A stretch of DNA of 64,000 nucleotides, from positions 96,001-160,000 of the forward strand of contig CAVWHO010000013.1 in NCBI GenBank assembly GCA_963754875.1, in the 5' to 3' direction. The notes beneath the pieces are model-generated. The model did not search any database, had not been told where the DNA came from, and worked only from the letters and a program-made list of their open reading frames with translations. This DNA comes from Nitrospirota bacterium (GTDB lineage Bacteria; Nitrospirota; UBA9217). Shown piece after piece: positions 39,766-50,692 of this stretch. The translations under genes were made by a program, and so were the position numbers. The first letter of the stretch is position 1; the number at the start of each line of letters is the position of its first letter.

Positions 39766-40697
39766 TACGCCGGGACCTGAACCTGATCGAGTAGCGATCT
39801 TACGAACTCCTTCTTTTCGAGGGCTTCATATTCCTCCCTGAAGATCACCCGGTGCGGAATGACATACGCCGCAAGTTCTTTGATGTCCTCCGGGACCACG
39901 AAGTCCCGGCCCTGGAAATAGGCATGGGCCTTCGCTGAAGCGGTCATTGCCAGAGCGCCCCTCGTCGATACCCCGGCCAGCAGGTATGTGCTCGTCCTTG
40001 TCGCCTCAACGATGGCAAGCACGTATGCGAGTATTTTTTCCGAAACAAAGACGTTTTTCTTGATGTCGTCCTGAATGCTCACGACCTCCTCGGCCGTCAT
40101 CAGCGGATCGAGGGTATACAGCTCGTCCCGCCTGCTGCCGCCCCGCAGGATGACCCGCTCGGCGTCCTTCGACGGATAGCCGATACTGATCTTCATCATG
40201 AAGCGGTCGAGCTGCGATTCGGGGAGCGGGAAGGTGCCGAATTGCTCCACAGGATTTTGGGTGGCGATGACGAAAAACGGCCTGGGAAGCTGGTACGTTT
40301 GGCGCTCGATGGTCGTCTGTTTCTCGCCCATGCCTTCGATGAGGGCGCTCTGGGTTTTCGGGGTCGCCCTGTTTATCTCGTCGATGAGAACGATATTGTT
40401 GAAGATGGGGCCCGAATGAAACTCGAACTCTCCCGTATTCTTGTTGTAAATCGAAAGACCCGTTATGTCGGTCGGAAGCAGGTCGCTCGTGCACTGGATC
40501 CGTCCGAAACGGAGCCCCAGGGCCTTCGCAATCCCGATGGCAAGGGTCGTTTTGCCGAGGCCCGGCAAATCTTCAACGAGCAGGTGGCCTTTTGAAAAAA
40601 AAGTTACGAGGGCCAGACGCAGCGCCATTTCCTTGCCGTGCAGATATTGGGCAAGAAAGGAGATTATTTCGTCTATTTTCCTGTTCTTCAGTTCCAT
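39765..40697 (-). CDS. MoxR-family AAA+ ATPase
   Basis: EDLPGLGKTT, RIQCTSDLLP, DEINRA, ATQNP, LPESQLDRF. Confidence 0.95.
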   Translation of the reverse strand: MELKNRKIDEIISFLAQYLHGKEMALRLALVTFFSKGHLLVEDLPGLGKTTLAIGIAKALGLRFGRIQCTSDLLPTDITGLSIYNKNTGEFEFHSGPIFNNIVLIDEINRATPKTQSALIEGMGEKQTTIERQTYQLPRPFFVIATQNPVEQFGTFPLPESQLDRFMMKISIGYPSKDAERVILRGGSRRDELYTLDPLMTAEEVVSIQDDIKKNVFVSEKILAYVLAIVEATRTSTYLLAGVSTRGALAMTASAKAHAYFQGRDFVVPEDIKELAAYVIPHRVIFREEYEALEKKEFVRSLLDQVQVPA

Positions 40698-40844
40698 AAG
40701 CCAACGGTGCCGAGCAACATCTATTATACCTTATTCGGACCTCAGTTTCACTGGTTTTACATCATGCCTCTCAGGACCACGGTTGAATAGAGACGCACTC
40801 TTCAGGTGAATTTATTCTTTAATAACTAGAATGCCCCACCTTTC

Positions 40845-41414
40845 TCATGTGATTTTCATCCCCTCAGGCCGGTAGTAAAGCAAAACGTTCCCATTCCGAA
40901 ACGTCCTTGTTTTTACAAGATTCAATTTCAACCTTTCTTTGATGCCCTTGAACAATGGTTTCCCATCTCCCAGGACAACAGGATTCACCATGATTCCGTA
41001 TCCATCGATCAAACCGCGTTGTGCAAACTCGGACATAATGCTGCCGCTGCCCAGGATCATCATGTCCTTGCCCGGCTGTTTTTTCATATTCCTTATTTCT
41101 TCATCAATAACATCCTTCACCAGCCGGGTATTGTTCCACTCGACCTTGCTTAGTGTCCGGGAAAAAACGATTTTGGGATGTGCGTTCATCTTTCCTGCAA
41201 CGATCGGATCGTTCTTGATCGCCTCCGGGGTCGGCCAGTAACTTGCCATGAGGTCATAGGTCACCCGTCCGAATAGGAGTGTGTCTACGGAATTGAGCAT
41301 GTCGATGGCATATTCGTTGAATTCCTCGTCAACGTTATGCCAGCTGATATCTTTATTGGCTCCTTCAAAGTAGCCGTCAAGAGTCACCAGATTGAATACC
41401 AGTAATTTTCTCAT
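40845..41414 (-). CDS. Dihydrofolate reductase-fold (RibD C-terminal) protein
   Basis: TLDGYF, LLFGRVTY, KIVFSRTL, GSGS, GDGKPLF. Confidence 0.9.
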   Translation of the reverse strand: MRKLLVFNLVTLDGYFEGANKDISWHNVDEEFNEYAIDMLNSVDTLLFGRVTYDLMASYWPTPEAIKNDPIVAGKMNAHPKIVFSRTLSKVEWNNTRLVKDVIDEEIRNMKKQPGKDMMILGSGSIMSEFAQRGLIDGYGIMVNPVVLGDGKPLFKGIKERLKLNLVKTRTFRNGNVLLYYRPEGMKIT

Positions 41415-41582
41415 AACACTGCCTCCGCGTGCTTAGGCCACGGGTTCTGCTTCACAGAACAAACAGATGCATATTGACAAGATTAAAATTGCTCTCTCTG
41501 CAAGCCTGCCCCTTGATGATTCTCTAAGGGGCAGGCGCTTCGCAAGGCAGCTAAAGGCGAAGCAGGCGATAGTCTCTTGACC

Positions 41583-42560
41583 TCAGGCTGCTTTTCTTTT
41601 GATTTCCGGTTTTGCCAGCAGTTCTGCGAGACGGTCCATGGTCTCAAGCATCCCTTCTTCCATTCCCGAATCGAACATCCCGTCGCGGTCCTCGACGGAC
41701 TGGAACACGGTCCTGCCGATCATCCTCGTCATGCCCCCGATATCCTCCAGTTTGCACGTTTCGAGCGATACGTGGCCAGGCATGCCTTCGAACTCGAACG
41801 TGTCGACGATCCTCTCAGGCGCCTTGATATCGTGGTATACACCATGGAAAGCATATTCATTTCCCGCGTTATCACGATTGATAAAACGCCAGAGGCCGCC
41901 CGGCCTCGCGTCCAGCTTGTCGACGATGGTCGCATAACGCCTCGGTCCCCACCACTGGACGACGAGGTTTCGATCCGTAAAGGCTTGAAACACGAGATTT
42001 CGCGGCGCATCAAAGACCCGCGTAGTGATGATCTCCTGCTTCCCCCGTTCTGCAACGATCTTTGTATGATCGTCCGGCACTATGTTGTCTGCGAGCTTGT
42101 CGAAGGACTCGCTCCAGCCGGTTTGGGTCATTTCGCGCATCATGCCTTCCGGAATACCCTCATGCCGCAGGACCATCTTCGTCTTGTTGCCCAGATCCTC
42201 GAACTCAACGGTCACCAGTAATTCCAAGGGCCAGTTGCCGGCCATCCCGTACTGTGATGCCGGGACAACATTGCCCTTCTCATCGGCGAAGCTGTCGGTC
42301 ATAACGAGCCGCTCCCGGGGAACGATCTCGCGGTAAACGCCTGTTGACCAGTAATCCTTGTTGTCAGGACCGCGCATGCAGGAGAGATATTTGCCTCCCA
42401 CGCGGAGATCGATCTTGCTGACAGGCGAAGTGAAGTATTTTGGACCCCACCACTTTTTTGATTCTTCCGGCAAGGTCCACGCTTTCCACACGTTCTCGCG
42501 AGGTGCGTCGAAGATCCGTGTGATGGTCAATTCATTTTTATTTTTCATTTCCGTTGCCAT
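41583..42560 (-). CDS. Tandem SRPBCC/AHSA1 domain protein
   Basis: Two ITRxFDAPRxxV...WWGP units. Confidence 0.88.
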   Translation of the reverse strand: MATEMKNKNELTITRIFDAPRENVWKAWTLPEESKKWWGPKYFTSPVSKIDLRVGGKYLSCMRGPDNKDYWSTGVYREIVPRERLVMTDSFADEKGNVVPASQYGMAGNWPLELLVTVEFEDLGNKTKMVLRHEGIPEGMMREMTQTGWSESFDKLADNIVPDDHTKIVAERGKQEIITTRVFDAPRNLVFQAFTDRNLVVQWWGPRRYATIVDKLDARPGGLWRFINRDNAGNEYAFHGVYHDIKAPERIVDTFEFEGMPGHVSLETCKLEDIGGMTRMIGRTVFQSVEDRDGMFDSGMEEGMLETMDRLAELLAKPEIKRKAA

Positions 42561-42591
42561 TTTGGTTTCCTCCTTGGTTCTATTCCGGGCT

Positions 42592-43167
42592 TCAGTCCGG
42601 CTCCTTGCTATAATGCAGTGCAACCTTTCCCGATTTAAATTTTTTTGTAGTAAGCAGCTTCAGCTTATGCCTCTCCTTCACCTCTTTGAACAACGCTTTT
42701 CCTCCACCCAGAATGAGAGGGTTCACTATAAGATGATATTCATCGATCAAACCGAGATTGATGAACGTCGATACGAGGCCGGCGCCGCCCAAAAGCACCA
42801 TGCCCTTACCGGGCTGTTGTTTCATATTTTGAATTTCTTCAGCTATATGATCTTTAACGATCCTCGTGGTCTTCCATCCGACCTTTTCCAGGGTCTTTGA
42901 AAAAACGACCTTTTGCATTTTATCGGCAAGGCGCGCATATTCGATTTCGTTCCTGGTGCTGGACGGGTTCGTGGGAACGGAAAGCCAGTATTTTTCAAAC
43001 CCCGGATACATCACGCGTCCCAGCAACAAGGTATCTGCAGATTTCTGCAGATCGAAAACATCCTTCCACGTTTCTTCGTCCTCTTTCATTGCCCAATCCA
43101 GTTCCCCGTTGGGTCCTTCAATGAAGCCGTCTAATGTTATCTGTATGGCAAGAATTACTTTTCTCAT
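42592..43167 (-). CDS. Dihydrofolate reductase-fold (RibD C-terminal) protein
   Basis: TLDGFIEGPNGELDW, LLLGRV, KVVFSKTL, GGAG, GLIDEY. Confidence 0.9.
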   Translation of the reverse strand: MRKVILAIQITLDGFIEGPNGELDWAMKEDEETWKDVFDLQKSADTLLLGRVMYPGFEKYWLSVPTNPSSTRNEIEYARLADKMQKVVFSKTLEKVGWKTTRIVKDHIAEEIQNMKQQPGKGMVLLGGAGLVSTFINLGLIDEYHLIVNPLILGGGKALFKEVKERHKLKLLTTKKFKSGKVALHYSKEPD

Positions 43168-43540
43168 TCTCTGTTTTTCTTCATGTGCTTTCGGTAGGGC
43201 TCGTCCGGCCATGATGAGGTGATGGATGCTGAAAGATGCGACCAAAGTCCTCTCCCCGGAAGGGGAGAGGGTAATGGGACCAAATGAGCCCTCTATTACG
43301 ATTAGTTAAAGTGTACCACAATAAGTGGAGAGAGGACGACAAACAGGATCACGGGTTCCGGTCGTCGGCCACGCGCCCGATCTCGTTTCTGAAAAAAAAG
43401 CCGTGAGGCGAACAGACAGGGGACGGGCTTCACTCTCGTCTCACTTTATAGTGCGCTGTTCTGCATAGCGCTGGTTCGTTCGTGCCTTGCTCTTCAGCAT
43501 AGATGTTTCTGATGTCTGTCCTTCCTTGCCGCACTAGCAA

Positions 43541-43572
43541 TAAAAAAGCCGGCAGGAGTAGTTCTGCCGGCT
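43541..43572 (-). terminator. Intrinsic terminator after the cytochrome gene
   Basis: Plus-strand AAAAAA-GCCGGCAG-GAGTAGTT-CTGCCGGC gives a hairpin plus U-tract on the minus strand. Confidence 0.85.
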
Positions 43573-43595
43573 ATTAGTCTTACGATGAGATTATG

Positions 43596-44909
43596 TTATA
43601 CCCCGCCTTTTTCGATGCTCACTTTCTTCGTCACCTTCTGCCATGTGAACTGTCCACTTTCCTTGGTGCCGAAGGGCAGGTACATCAACTCCACATCCAC
43701 GGTCATGTCGTAATCAAGGACCTTCCGCACGACCTTATCGCCTTGTTTGACCTCTTCGACAGGGAAGAGGATCTCGAAGTTCTCGATGACCGGCTTGTTC
43801 GGCGGCAGGCTCGTATCGCGGAGGATGCCGCTTTTTTCATAGGGTCCGCGGCCCATCTTGTCGCCGCGGCCTAACTGTTGAGGTATGGGCATGTAAATCT
43901 TCGATTGTCTGAACAACTCGTTGCCTTTACTGTCTTTCGCGGTCACTTCCAGGACCAGCCGGTTGGGGGTTGGTCAGCCGTCCGGGATCGCGTGGCCCGC
44001 ACGGTTCAGCATCTCGACCTTGACCAGCGCCTGCGGCACCATGGTCGAGCCGTCACGCCACTGGTAGCCGAGCGTTTCGACCTTGAAGTCGACAGCTGCT
44101 TTGGCCATGCCGGGATCGCGGTAGCTCTGCATATTATGCCCGAGTTTGCTCTTCTTCATGTGGCATTCCTGGCACTTTTCCTGGCCGCCTTCGGCGCGGT
44201 AGGCCCAGAGGTAGCTCCCGTAAAGGGTGGCGCACTGTGAAGGATTTTCGAGTTCCAGGTTCGGTCCCAGGCCGTGGCACTGCCCGCAGAGGATGGATTC
44301 GTCCATGATCGGGCTCTTCTTCATCTTCGGATGAGCGGGATCGTCGTGGCTGCCGTCGCTGAAACCGTAGACCGTGTCTTTCTCCGGGAACCCGTCCACC
44401 CATTTGTGGGTGATGGCATTCCGCTGGTGGCAGATGAGGCAATTGATGTTCACCCTGGACAAGGTGGCGGCAGCCTTTTCGCGGTCGCTATCGCTTGTCT
44501 TGGGGTCCGAATAGATATAGGCATTCTTCACGATCTCCCTGGCCACGGCATCGGTCGCTTCGGCCAGCTGCGGAAGATGGCACTTGGCGCAGATCATGAG
44601 GTGCTTCACCTGCACGTCCTCCGGCTTCTTGACTCCCGAGTACTGCCAGCCCATGAGCCCGACGGCAACGGTCGTCTTGATGGTGGCCGCGGTCCTGCCG
44701 GTCCCGAAAATAGACCGCGAGTGGATCGATTGCTCCCATTCCCGGTAGATGCCCTCATGACAGCCCTTGCAGCCCGATGAATCGTACATGGTCGCCAGTT
44801 CGTCGATGGTCGTCGCTTTCATCGGTTCCGCTGCCTGAGATTGACAGATCGGCAGAGCAGCGGCAAGGAAGAGAACGGCGAGTACTGCAAATCTCCTGAA
44901 AACCTTCAT
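43596..44909 (-). CDS. Pentaheme c-type cytochrome selenoprotein, ExtKL-like (Sec312, UGA at 43976-43974)
   Basis: Signal peptide; five CxxCH motifs (CKGCH, CAKCH, CLICH, CGQCH, CQECH); GHAIPDG-U-PTPNRLVLEV joins the 311-aa and 116-aa ORFs in frame (437 aa). Confidence 0.88.
43939..43959 (-). promoter_or_regulatory. SECIS-like hairpin
   Basis: GC-U-GGUC-CU-GGA-AG-U-GACC-GC, 15-35 nt after the UGA, with bulged U and a G-rich loop. Confidence 0.55.
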
Positions 44910-44990
44910 GTGCTGGACCTCCTTCTTTTGGAATTTAATGAATAGCGCAGGCGGAACGACAACATCTGAAATAAATTTTAATTATTAAAT

Positions 44991-45019
44991 AGTATATTAA
45001 CTATAATTTTGTATGTCAA
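44991..45019 (-). promoter_or_regulatory. Sigma70 promoter of the cytochrome gene
   Basis: TTGACA-N17-TATACT in an AT-rich region. Confidence 0.75.
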
Positions 45020-45058
45020 TAAAAAATGATCCATTTCAAATAGTTACATATTGCCAAA

Positions 45059-46300
45059 TTATGCAGATTCGTGTTTTTTGAGTACGAGCGCGGCATTGAT
45101 GCCGCCGAAGCCGAGGGAGTTTGAGAGGGCAGCTTTGATCTTCTGTCTGCGTGGTTTATGCGGCACGTAGTCGAGGTCGCATTCCGGATCGGGGTGCTCC
45201 AGATTGGTCGTCGGAGGAATGATCCCCTGTGAAAGTGCAATTGCGGTAACGGCCGCTTCTACTGCGCCTGCAGCGCCGAGCATATGCCCGAGCATGGATT
45301 TCGATGAACTGACAGCGAGCTTTCGCGCATGCTCGTTGAAGGCTTTTTTTATTGCAAGCGTTTCTATTTTGTCATTCTGTATTGTAGACGTGCCGTGAGC
45401 GTTCAGGTAGTCGATTTCTTCAGGGCGCATGCCCGCGTCAACGAGCGCAAGCGTCATCGCCCGCGCGGACCCATCGCCATCGGGACCGGGCCTCGTAAAA
45501 TGATAGGCGTCCGATGACAGTCCGTAGCCTGCGAGTTCGGCATAAATCCCGGCGCCCCGTTTCTCGGCATGCCCCCGTTCTTCGAGGATGAGCACTCCGG
45601 CGCCTTCGGAAAGAACAAAGCCATCCCGTTGCCGGTCAAAGGGCCTGCTGGCCTTTTTCGGATCATCGTTCTGCAAGGACAACGCCTTTGCCCGGCTGAA
45701 GCCCGCAAGCATGAGCGGCGTGACTGCAGCCTCGGCGCCGCCGGCGATCATCACATCGGCGTCCCCGCGCTGGATGATCTTCATGGCCTCGCCCAATGCG
45801 TGCGTGCCCGTGGCACAGGCTGTCGAGACGTCGAGGCACGGACCTTTCGCGCCGAGTTTCATGGAAATGTACCCTGACGCCATGTTTACGAGCGACATGG
45901 GCGTGAAAAAGGGAGAGACCGCTTTCGGTCCATTGGTCCTGAGCGCGTCCATATTTTTCTCTGTCGTAGAAACGCCGCCGCGGCCCGAACCGACAAGTAC
46001 TCCTATGCGGAAGGCGGAATCCGGAATGGAAAGGGCGGAATCTTCGATAGCCATGAGTGCCGCAGCCAAGGCATACTGAATGAACGGGTCGGTCCTGTGT
46101 GCTTCCTTCGGGCTCATGAAGGCGAGCGGGTCGAACCCCCCGAGTTCCCCTGCGATCCGGCAGGAAAAGGCCGATGTGTCGAATCTGGTAACGCGGCGAA
46201 TGCCCGATGAACCCTTCAGCAACGCCCGCCACGTGGTCTCTGTTGTGTTGCCGAGCGGCGTAACCATGCCGACCCCAGTGATGACAACGCGTAGCTTCAT
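45059..46300 (-). CDS. fabF: 3-oxoacyl-ACP synthase II
   Basis: [41 protein letters not shown]. Confidence 0.95.
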   Translation of the reverse strand: MKLRVVITGVGMVTPLGNTTETTWRALLKGSSGIRRVTRFDTSAFSCRIAGELGGFDPLAFMSPKEAHRTDPFIQYALAAALMAIEDSALSIPDSAFRIGVLVGSGRGGVSTTEKNMDALRTNGPKAVSPFFTPMSLVNMASGYISMKLGAKGPCLDVSTACATGTHALGEAMKIIQRGDADVMIAGGAEAAVTPLMLAGFSRAKALSLQNDDPKKASRPFDRQRDGFVLSEGAGVLILEERGHAEKRGAGIYAELAGYGLSSDAYHFTRPGPDGDGSARAMTLALVDAGMRPEEIDYLNAHGTSTIQNDKIETLAIKKAFNEHARKLAVSSSKSMLGHMLGAAGAVEAAVTAIALSQGIIPPTTNLEHPDPECDLDYVPHKPRRQKIKAALSNSLGFGGINAALVLKKHESA

Positions 46301-46307
46301 GCGGTGC

Positions 46308-46336
46308 AGTATAAGTTTTTTTCCCCTTTTTGTCAA
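46308..46336 (-). promoter_or_regulatory. fabF promoter (apparently leaderless)
   Basis: TTGACA-N17-TATACT, ATG 7 nt downstream, no SD. Confidence 0.7.
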
Positions 46337-46352
46337 AATACAGCAGGGGCTC

Positions 46353-47659
46353 CGAATTGACTCACAATAAATGTTACCCAAGCGCATTTTGAAAAGTATC
46401 GTTGACTCATAATGCATGTTACCGGAACTATACCCCAAAAGGAGGGTTAGTTCTGATGAGCCCACGATCAAAACGAGAGTATCTGGCCGCAATCGTTAAA
46501 CGGTACCGGGCCGCCTCCCGGCAGATAAAGACAACGATCCTGAACGAGTTCTGTTTAGCCTGCGGATATCACCGAAAACATGCTCTCAGGCTTCTGCGGA
46601 CCTTTCGGCGATTTACTCAAAAGGTTCCGGCTAAGCGAGGCAGAAAACGGGTCTATGACGCTGAAACGCTTCTACTTCCCTTGAAACGCATCTGGAAGAC
46701 AGCAAATCTGCCATGCTCAAAGCGCCTGAAAGCCATCCTCCCTGAATGGCTGCCGGGATATATCAAGACCTATGGCCCGATCTCTGAGGTGACGGCAGTG
46801 GCCCTGCTCAAAATATCTCCTTCGAGCATCGATAGGATATTGAACCCGGTCCGTGCACAGTATACCAAGCACGGCAGGGCCACAACCAAACCGGGTACGC
46901 TTTTAAGAAAGCATATCCAGGTCAAAACCAATCAATGGGATGAATCCCGGCCAGGCTTCATCGAAGCCGATACTGTAGCCCACTGCGGAAGCTCTACAGA
47001 GGGTATGTACGCCAATACCGTCGATTGCGTGGACATCGCCACCGGCTGGACCGAGCAGCGCGCTGTTTGGGGCAAAAACTATCAGGGTGTCATTGACCAG
47101 ATCAAGGATATCGAACAATCCCTGCCGTTCCCGATCCTGGGCTTTGATACGGACAACGGTACGGAGTTCTTAAACCATCACCTGCTTCGTTATCTGACCG
47201 AGAACAGGGTCCGGCCGGTTCAATTTACCCGAAGCCGTGCCTACAAAAAAGACGATAACGCTCATATCGAGCAGAAGAACTGGACCCATGTGAGACAATG
47301 GATTGGCTACGATCGCTTGGGCTCTCCGGAGGTTGTTCCTCTCATGAATGAGCTCTACACATCAGAGTGGAGGCTGTTTCTGAACTTCTTCTGTCCTTCG
47401 GTAAAGCTGCTGGAAAAGAAACGAGTTGCCTCAAAGATCGTGAAACGCTATGATAAGCCCAAAACCCCTTATCGGAGAATCTTGGAGTCTCCCAATGTCT
47501 CCGATGAAACAAAGCGTAAACTCAAAGAACAATATAAAACGCTAAACCCATTTGAACTGAGAAAAGTCTTGGAGGTTAAGCTTAAAAAGATCTTCAAACC
47601 GTAAAACTGAACCTATACCTACTTACTATCTTCCGGTAACATTTAATTATGAAGCAACT
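46353..47659 (+). mobile_element. Insertion sequence (1307 bp) with 7-bp target duplication GGGGCTC
   Basis: GGGGCTC at 46346-46352 and 47660-47666; imperfect inverted repeats sharing ATGTTACC; motif duplicated at the left end. Confidence 0.85.
46456..47604 (+). CDS. DDE transposase with rve/integrase core
   Basis: [48 protein letters not shown]. Confidence 0.92.
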   Translation: MSPRSKREYLAAIVKRYRAASRQIKTTILNEFCLACGYHRKHALRLLRTFRRFTQKVPAKRGRKRVYDAETLLLPLKRIWKTANLPCSKRLKAILPEWLPGYIKTYGPISEVTAVALLKISPSSIDRILNPVRAQYTKHGRATTKPGTLLRKHIQVKTNQWDESRPGFIEADTVAHCGSSTEGMYANTVDCVDIATGWTEQRAVWGKNYQGVIDQIKDIEQSLPFPILGFDTDNGTEFLNHHLLRYLTENRVRPVQFTRSRAYKKDDNAHIEQKNWTHVRQWIGYDRLGSPEVVPLMNELYTSEWRLFLNFFCPSVKLLEKKRVASKIVKRYDKPKTPYRRILESPNVSDETKRKLKEQYKTLNPFELRKVLEVKLKKIFKP

Positions 47660-47842
47660 GGGGCTCGTTGCGGACGGTATTGCAATGCGTTTTAACCGTG
47701 CTCCAGAAGCTTCGCATGACAATGGAAAAGGACACTTTTGCTCTTCTTTGTCCACTGCGGGATGGAATCAGTTTGACAATACAGCCAATTATGCTATAGT
47801 TTAACCGTAGACACGCATTCAACTGGGAAAGGGGGATTTGAG

Positions 47843-48838
47843 ATGACAAAATCCGAATTAACAGCAATGACTGTGGCTGAACTCAAAGCCCTGGCCAAGA
47901 AGAAGAAAGTGTCCCTGTCTTCACGCGGTACGAAGGCCGATATTATTACGGCGCTCCTGGCAGCGGAAAGGAGCAAGAAGACCGCAGTAAAGGAAGCACG
48001 AGCAACAACGAAGCGAACGGAAAAGAACGTAACGACGGCTGCGAAGCATGCGGTTCAGAGAGCGGTGCGGCCGGAGGTATCTGCGGCGACCAAAGAGCCC
48101 GCCGTGATAGAACCGGCAGCCGCGATCCAGCGGCGTCCTGCTGCGGGTGGATCGACAAATGTGACCGTCCCGAAACAGGAATGGAAACTTCCCCCGGCTG
48201 CTGAAGAACCGTTGTTGGCGCAGGAGCGTGTGTCGGAATCCAAATATTATACGGGGCCTGCCACGCGGGAGCTCATGCCGGCACACGGCGAGCTGCCGAA
48301 GGGCTACGGAGAAGACAAAATCGTACTCATGATGCGCGATCCGTTCGTCGCTTATGCTTACTGGGAATCAGCGCCCGCGCGTATCGAGCGGGAGAGGGCA
48401 TGGTTCGGCTGGAGCAGCAAACTTTGCCTCCGCATTTACGACGTGACCGGCGTCCGGTTCGACGGCCGGAACGCCATTGGGTATTTTGACCAGGAAATTT
48501 CTGACCGGACCGGAAGCTGGTATTTCGACCTCGGCAGGCCGAGTCATTCGTTCTGCGCGGACCTGGGGCTGCTCTCTCCGGAAGGACGGTTCCTGACGCT
48601 CGCTCGGTCGAATTATATCACCATGCCGCTTGACACGGTGTCCGACGTGATCGACGAAGAGTGGATGCTCGTCGACGAGGAGTTTTGGAAGCTCTACGGC
48701 TATCCGGAGGGAATGCGCGGCGGTTTGTCGTCGCCGCAGATGCTGGAGTTGGCGCGGCGTCGGCGACTGCTCGAGATCTCTTCGCCCGGTTTGTTTCCCC
48801 GTGAGAAGCAGAAGCGGAAACAGAAGCAGAAGTCCTGA
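47843..48838 (+). CDS. DUF4912 protein with Rho-N-like N-terminus
   Basis: MTVAELKALAK, LPKGYGEDKIVLMMRDP...YWE, LRIYDVT, LARSN. Confidence 0.85.
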   Translation: MTKSELTAMTVAELKALAKKKKVSLSSRGTKADIITALLAAERSKKTAVKEARATTKRTEKNVTTAAKHAVQRAVRPEVSAATKEPAVIEPAAAIQRRPAAGGSTNVTVPKQEWKLPPAAEEPLLAQERVSESKYYTGPATRELMPAHGELPKGYGEDKIVLMMRDPFVAYAYWESAPARIERERAWFGWSSKLCLRIYDVTGVRFDGRNAIGYFDQEISDRTGSWYFDLGRPSHSFCADLGLLSPEGRFLTLARSNYITMPLDTVSDVIDEEWMLVDEEFWKLYGYPEGMRGGLSSPQMLELARRRRLLEISSPGLFPREKQKRKQKQKS

Positions 48839-48888
48839 TCCCGGCGGACCTGTCGGGGAGACAATGGATCCAATACTGAACCGAGCTT

Positions 48889-48923
48889 GAAAGTCCATCC
48901 GAATATGGGTGGACTTTTCTTTT
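48889..48923 (+). terminator. Intrinsic terminator
   Basis: AAAGTCCATCC...GGGTGGACTTT-TCTTTT. Confidence 0.7.
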
Positions 48924-49110
48924 GTCTGTTCTGAAACGTAAGTGGCTTAGGCCAATCCTCTTCGCTCCCTCCTCCAGGGGGGCGGTGATGAGGCGACCGT
49001 GATAACAGGCTCTCTTGGGTCTTCAGGGCAGAGAAGGCGAATGCATGGTAAAAAAGAAAGTTCCTGTTGTTCGCGTGGGCAGGAAAAAAAACAAGAACAA
49101 GGAAAACAGG

Positions 49111-50692
49111 ATGGAAAAAGGCTATCTGGCTCTGGTTCTTCACTGTCATTTGCCCTATGTGCGGCATCCCGAGCACGACCGGTTCCTCGAAGAAGACTGG
49201 CTCTATGAGGCGATCACGGAAACCTACATCCCGCTCATCAACGTTTTCGAAGGGCTTGTCAACGACGGCGTCGACTTTCGCCTCACCATGAGCCTGACCC
49301 CTACGCTCATTTCCATGCTCACCGATCCGCTGCTCCAGCAGCGCTATCTCCGGCACATCACCCGGTTGATCGAACTTGCGGAGAAGGAGATCGTGCGCAC
49401 GAAGAACGAACCGGAATTCAACTCCCTGGCACGCATGTACTTCGACCTGTTTCGCAAGGCACGCTACGTGTTCGAAGAAAAATACGAACGGAACCTGGTG
49501 AACGCTTTCCGCGTGTTCCAGGACCTGGGCAAGCTCGAGATCGTTACCTGCGGCGCCACGCACGGGTTTCTGCCGCTCCTGAAGAACGAAAAGGCAGTCC
49601 GGGCGCAGATCAAGGTCGCTGTCGAGCTCCATACAAAACATCTCGGCAGGCCGCCGAAAGGCATCTGGCTGCCTGAGTGCGGTTACTACGAAGGGCTGGA
49701 CGAGATCCTCGGCGAAGCAGGTCTCCGTCTATTTTTTTACGGACTCCCACGGGATTTTTCACGCGACGCCGCGGCCCAAGTACGGCGTGTACGCGCCGAT
49801 TTATTGCCGCTCCGGCGTTGCCGCCTTTGGCAGGGACATCGAGTCGTCCAAGCAGGTCTGGAGCTCTGTTGAAGGATATCCCGGCGACTATAATTACCGC
49901 GACTTCTACCGCGACGTCGGTTTTGACCTGGACTTCGACTATGTCAAACCCTACCTGCATCCCGACGGCATCCGCGTGAACCTCGGGATCAAGTATTATA
50001 AGATCACCGGCGACACGAACTGCAAGGAACCGTACAACCGTCAATGGGCGCTCGAGCGGGCGGCAGTGCATGCAGGCAATTTCCTGTTCAACCGCGAGAA
50101 GCAGGTTGAATGGCTCGCCGGCGCGTTTCAGGACCGAAAGCCCCTTATCGTCGCCCCCTACGACGCGGAGCTGTACGGCCACTGGTGGTTCGAAGGACCG
50201 GACTGGATCAACTACCTGGTCCGGAAGACCGTCTACGACCAGAAAACGGTGCGCCTGATCACGCCGTCCGAGTATCTGCAGGAAAACCCCAAGTGCCAGA
50301 TCGCGACGCCGTCCGCGTCCAGCTGGGGTTACAAAGGCTACTCCGAAGTCTGGCTCAACGGCGCCAACGACTGGATCTACCGGCATCTCCACAAGGCCGC
50401 GGACCGGATGATCGAGCTTGCGCAACTTTATCCCCAGGCCGACGGCTTGCAGCAGCGGGCGCTGAACCAGGCTGCACGGGAACTGCTCCTCGCGCAGAGC
50501 TCGGACTGGGCCTTCATCATGAAGACCGGCAGTCACGAGGAATACGCCGAGCGGAGGACAAAGGAACATCTGCGTCGGTTTACGAAGCTTTTCGAAGATA
50601 TCAAGACGAATCATATTGACGAGACGTGGCTCGACGATTTAGAATATCGCGATAATATATTTCCCGATATCGACTATCGAGTGTATGCTTAA
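49111..50692 (+). CDS. GH57 1,4-alpha-glucan branching enzyme (DUF1957); frameshift near 49735
   Basis: LHCHLPYVRHP, EAITETYIP, GIWLPECG, PYDAELYGHWWFEG, AQSSDWAFIM. Confidence 0.9.

Noticed and set aside
46357..46427. IS-end motif as a dif/Xer site
   Set aside because: CATAAT and ATGTTA resemble dif arms, but the 11-6-11 spacing is not met. The motif is better explained as a transposase-binding repeat.
48838..49110. Structured ncRNA (such as 6S) between DUF4912 and GH57
   Set aside because: Only a terminator hairpin and a degenerate repeat are recognisable, with no convincing family match by eye.
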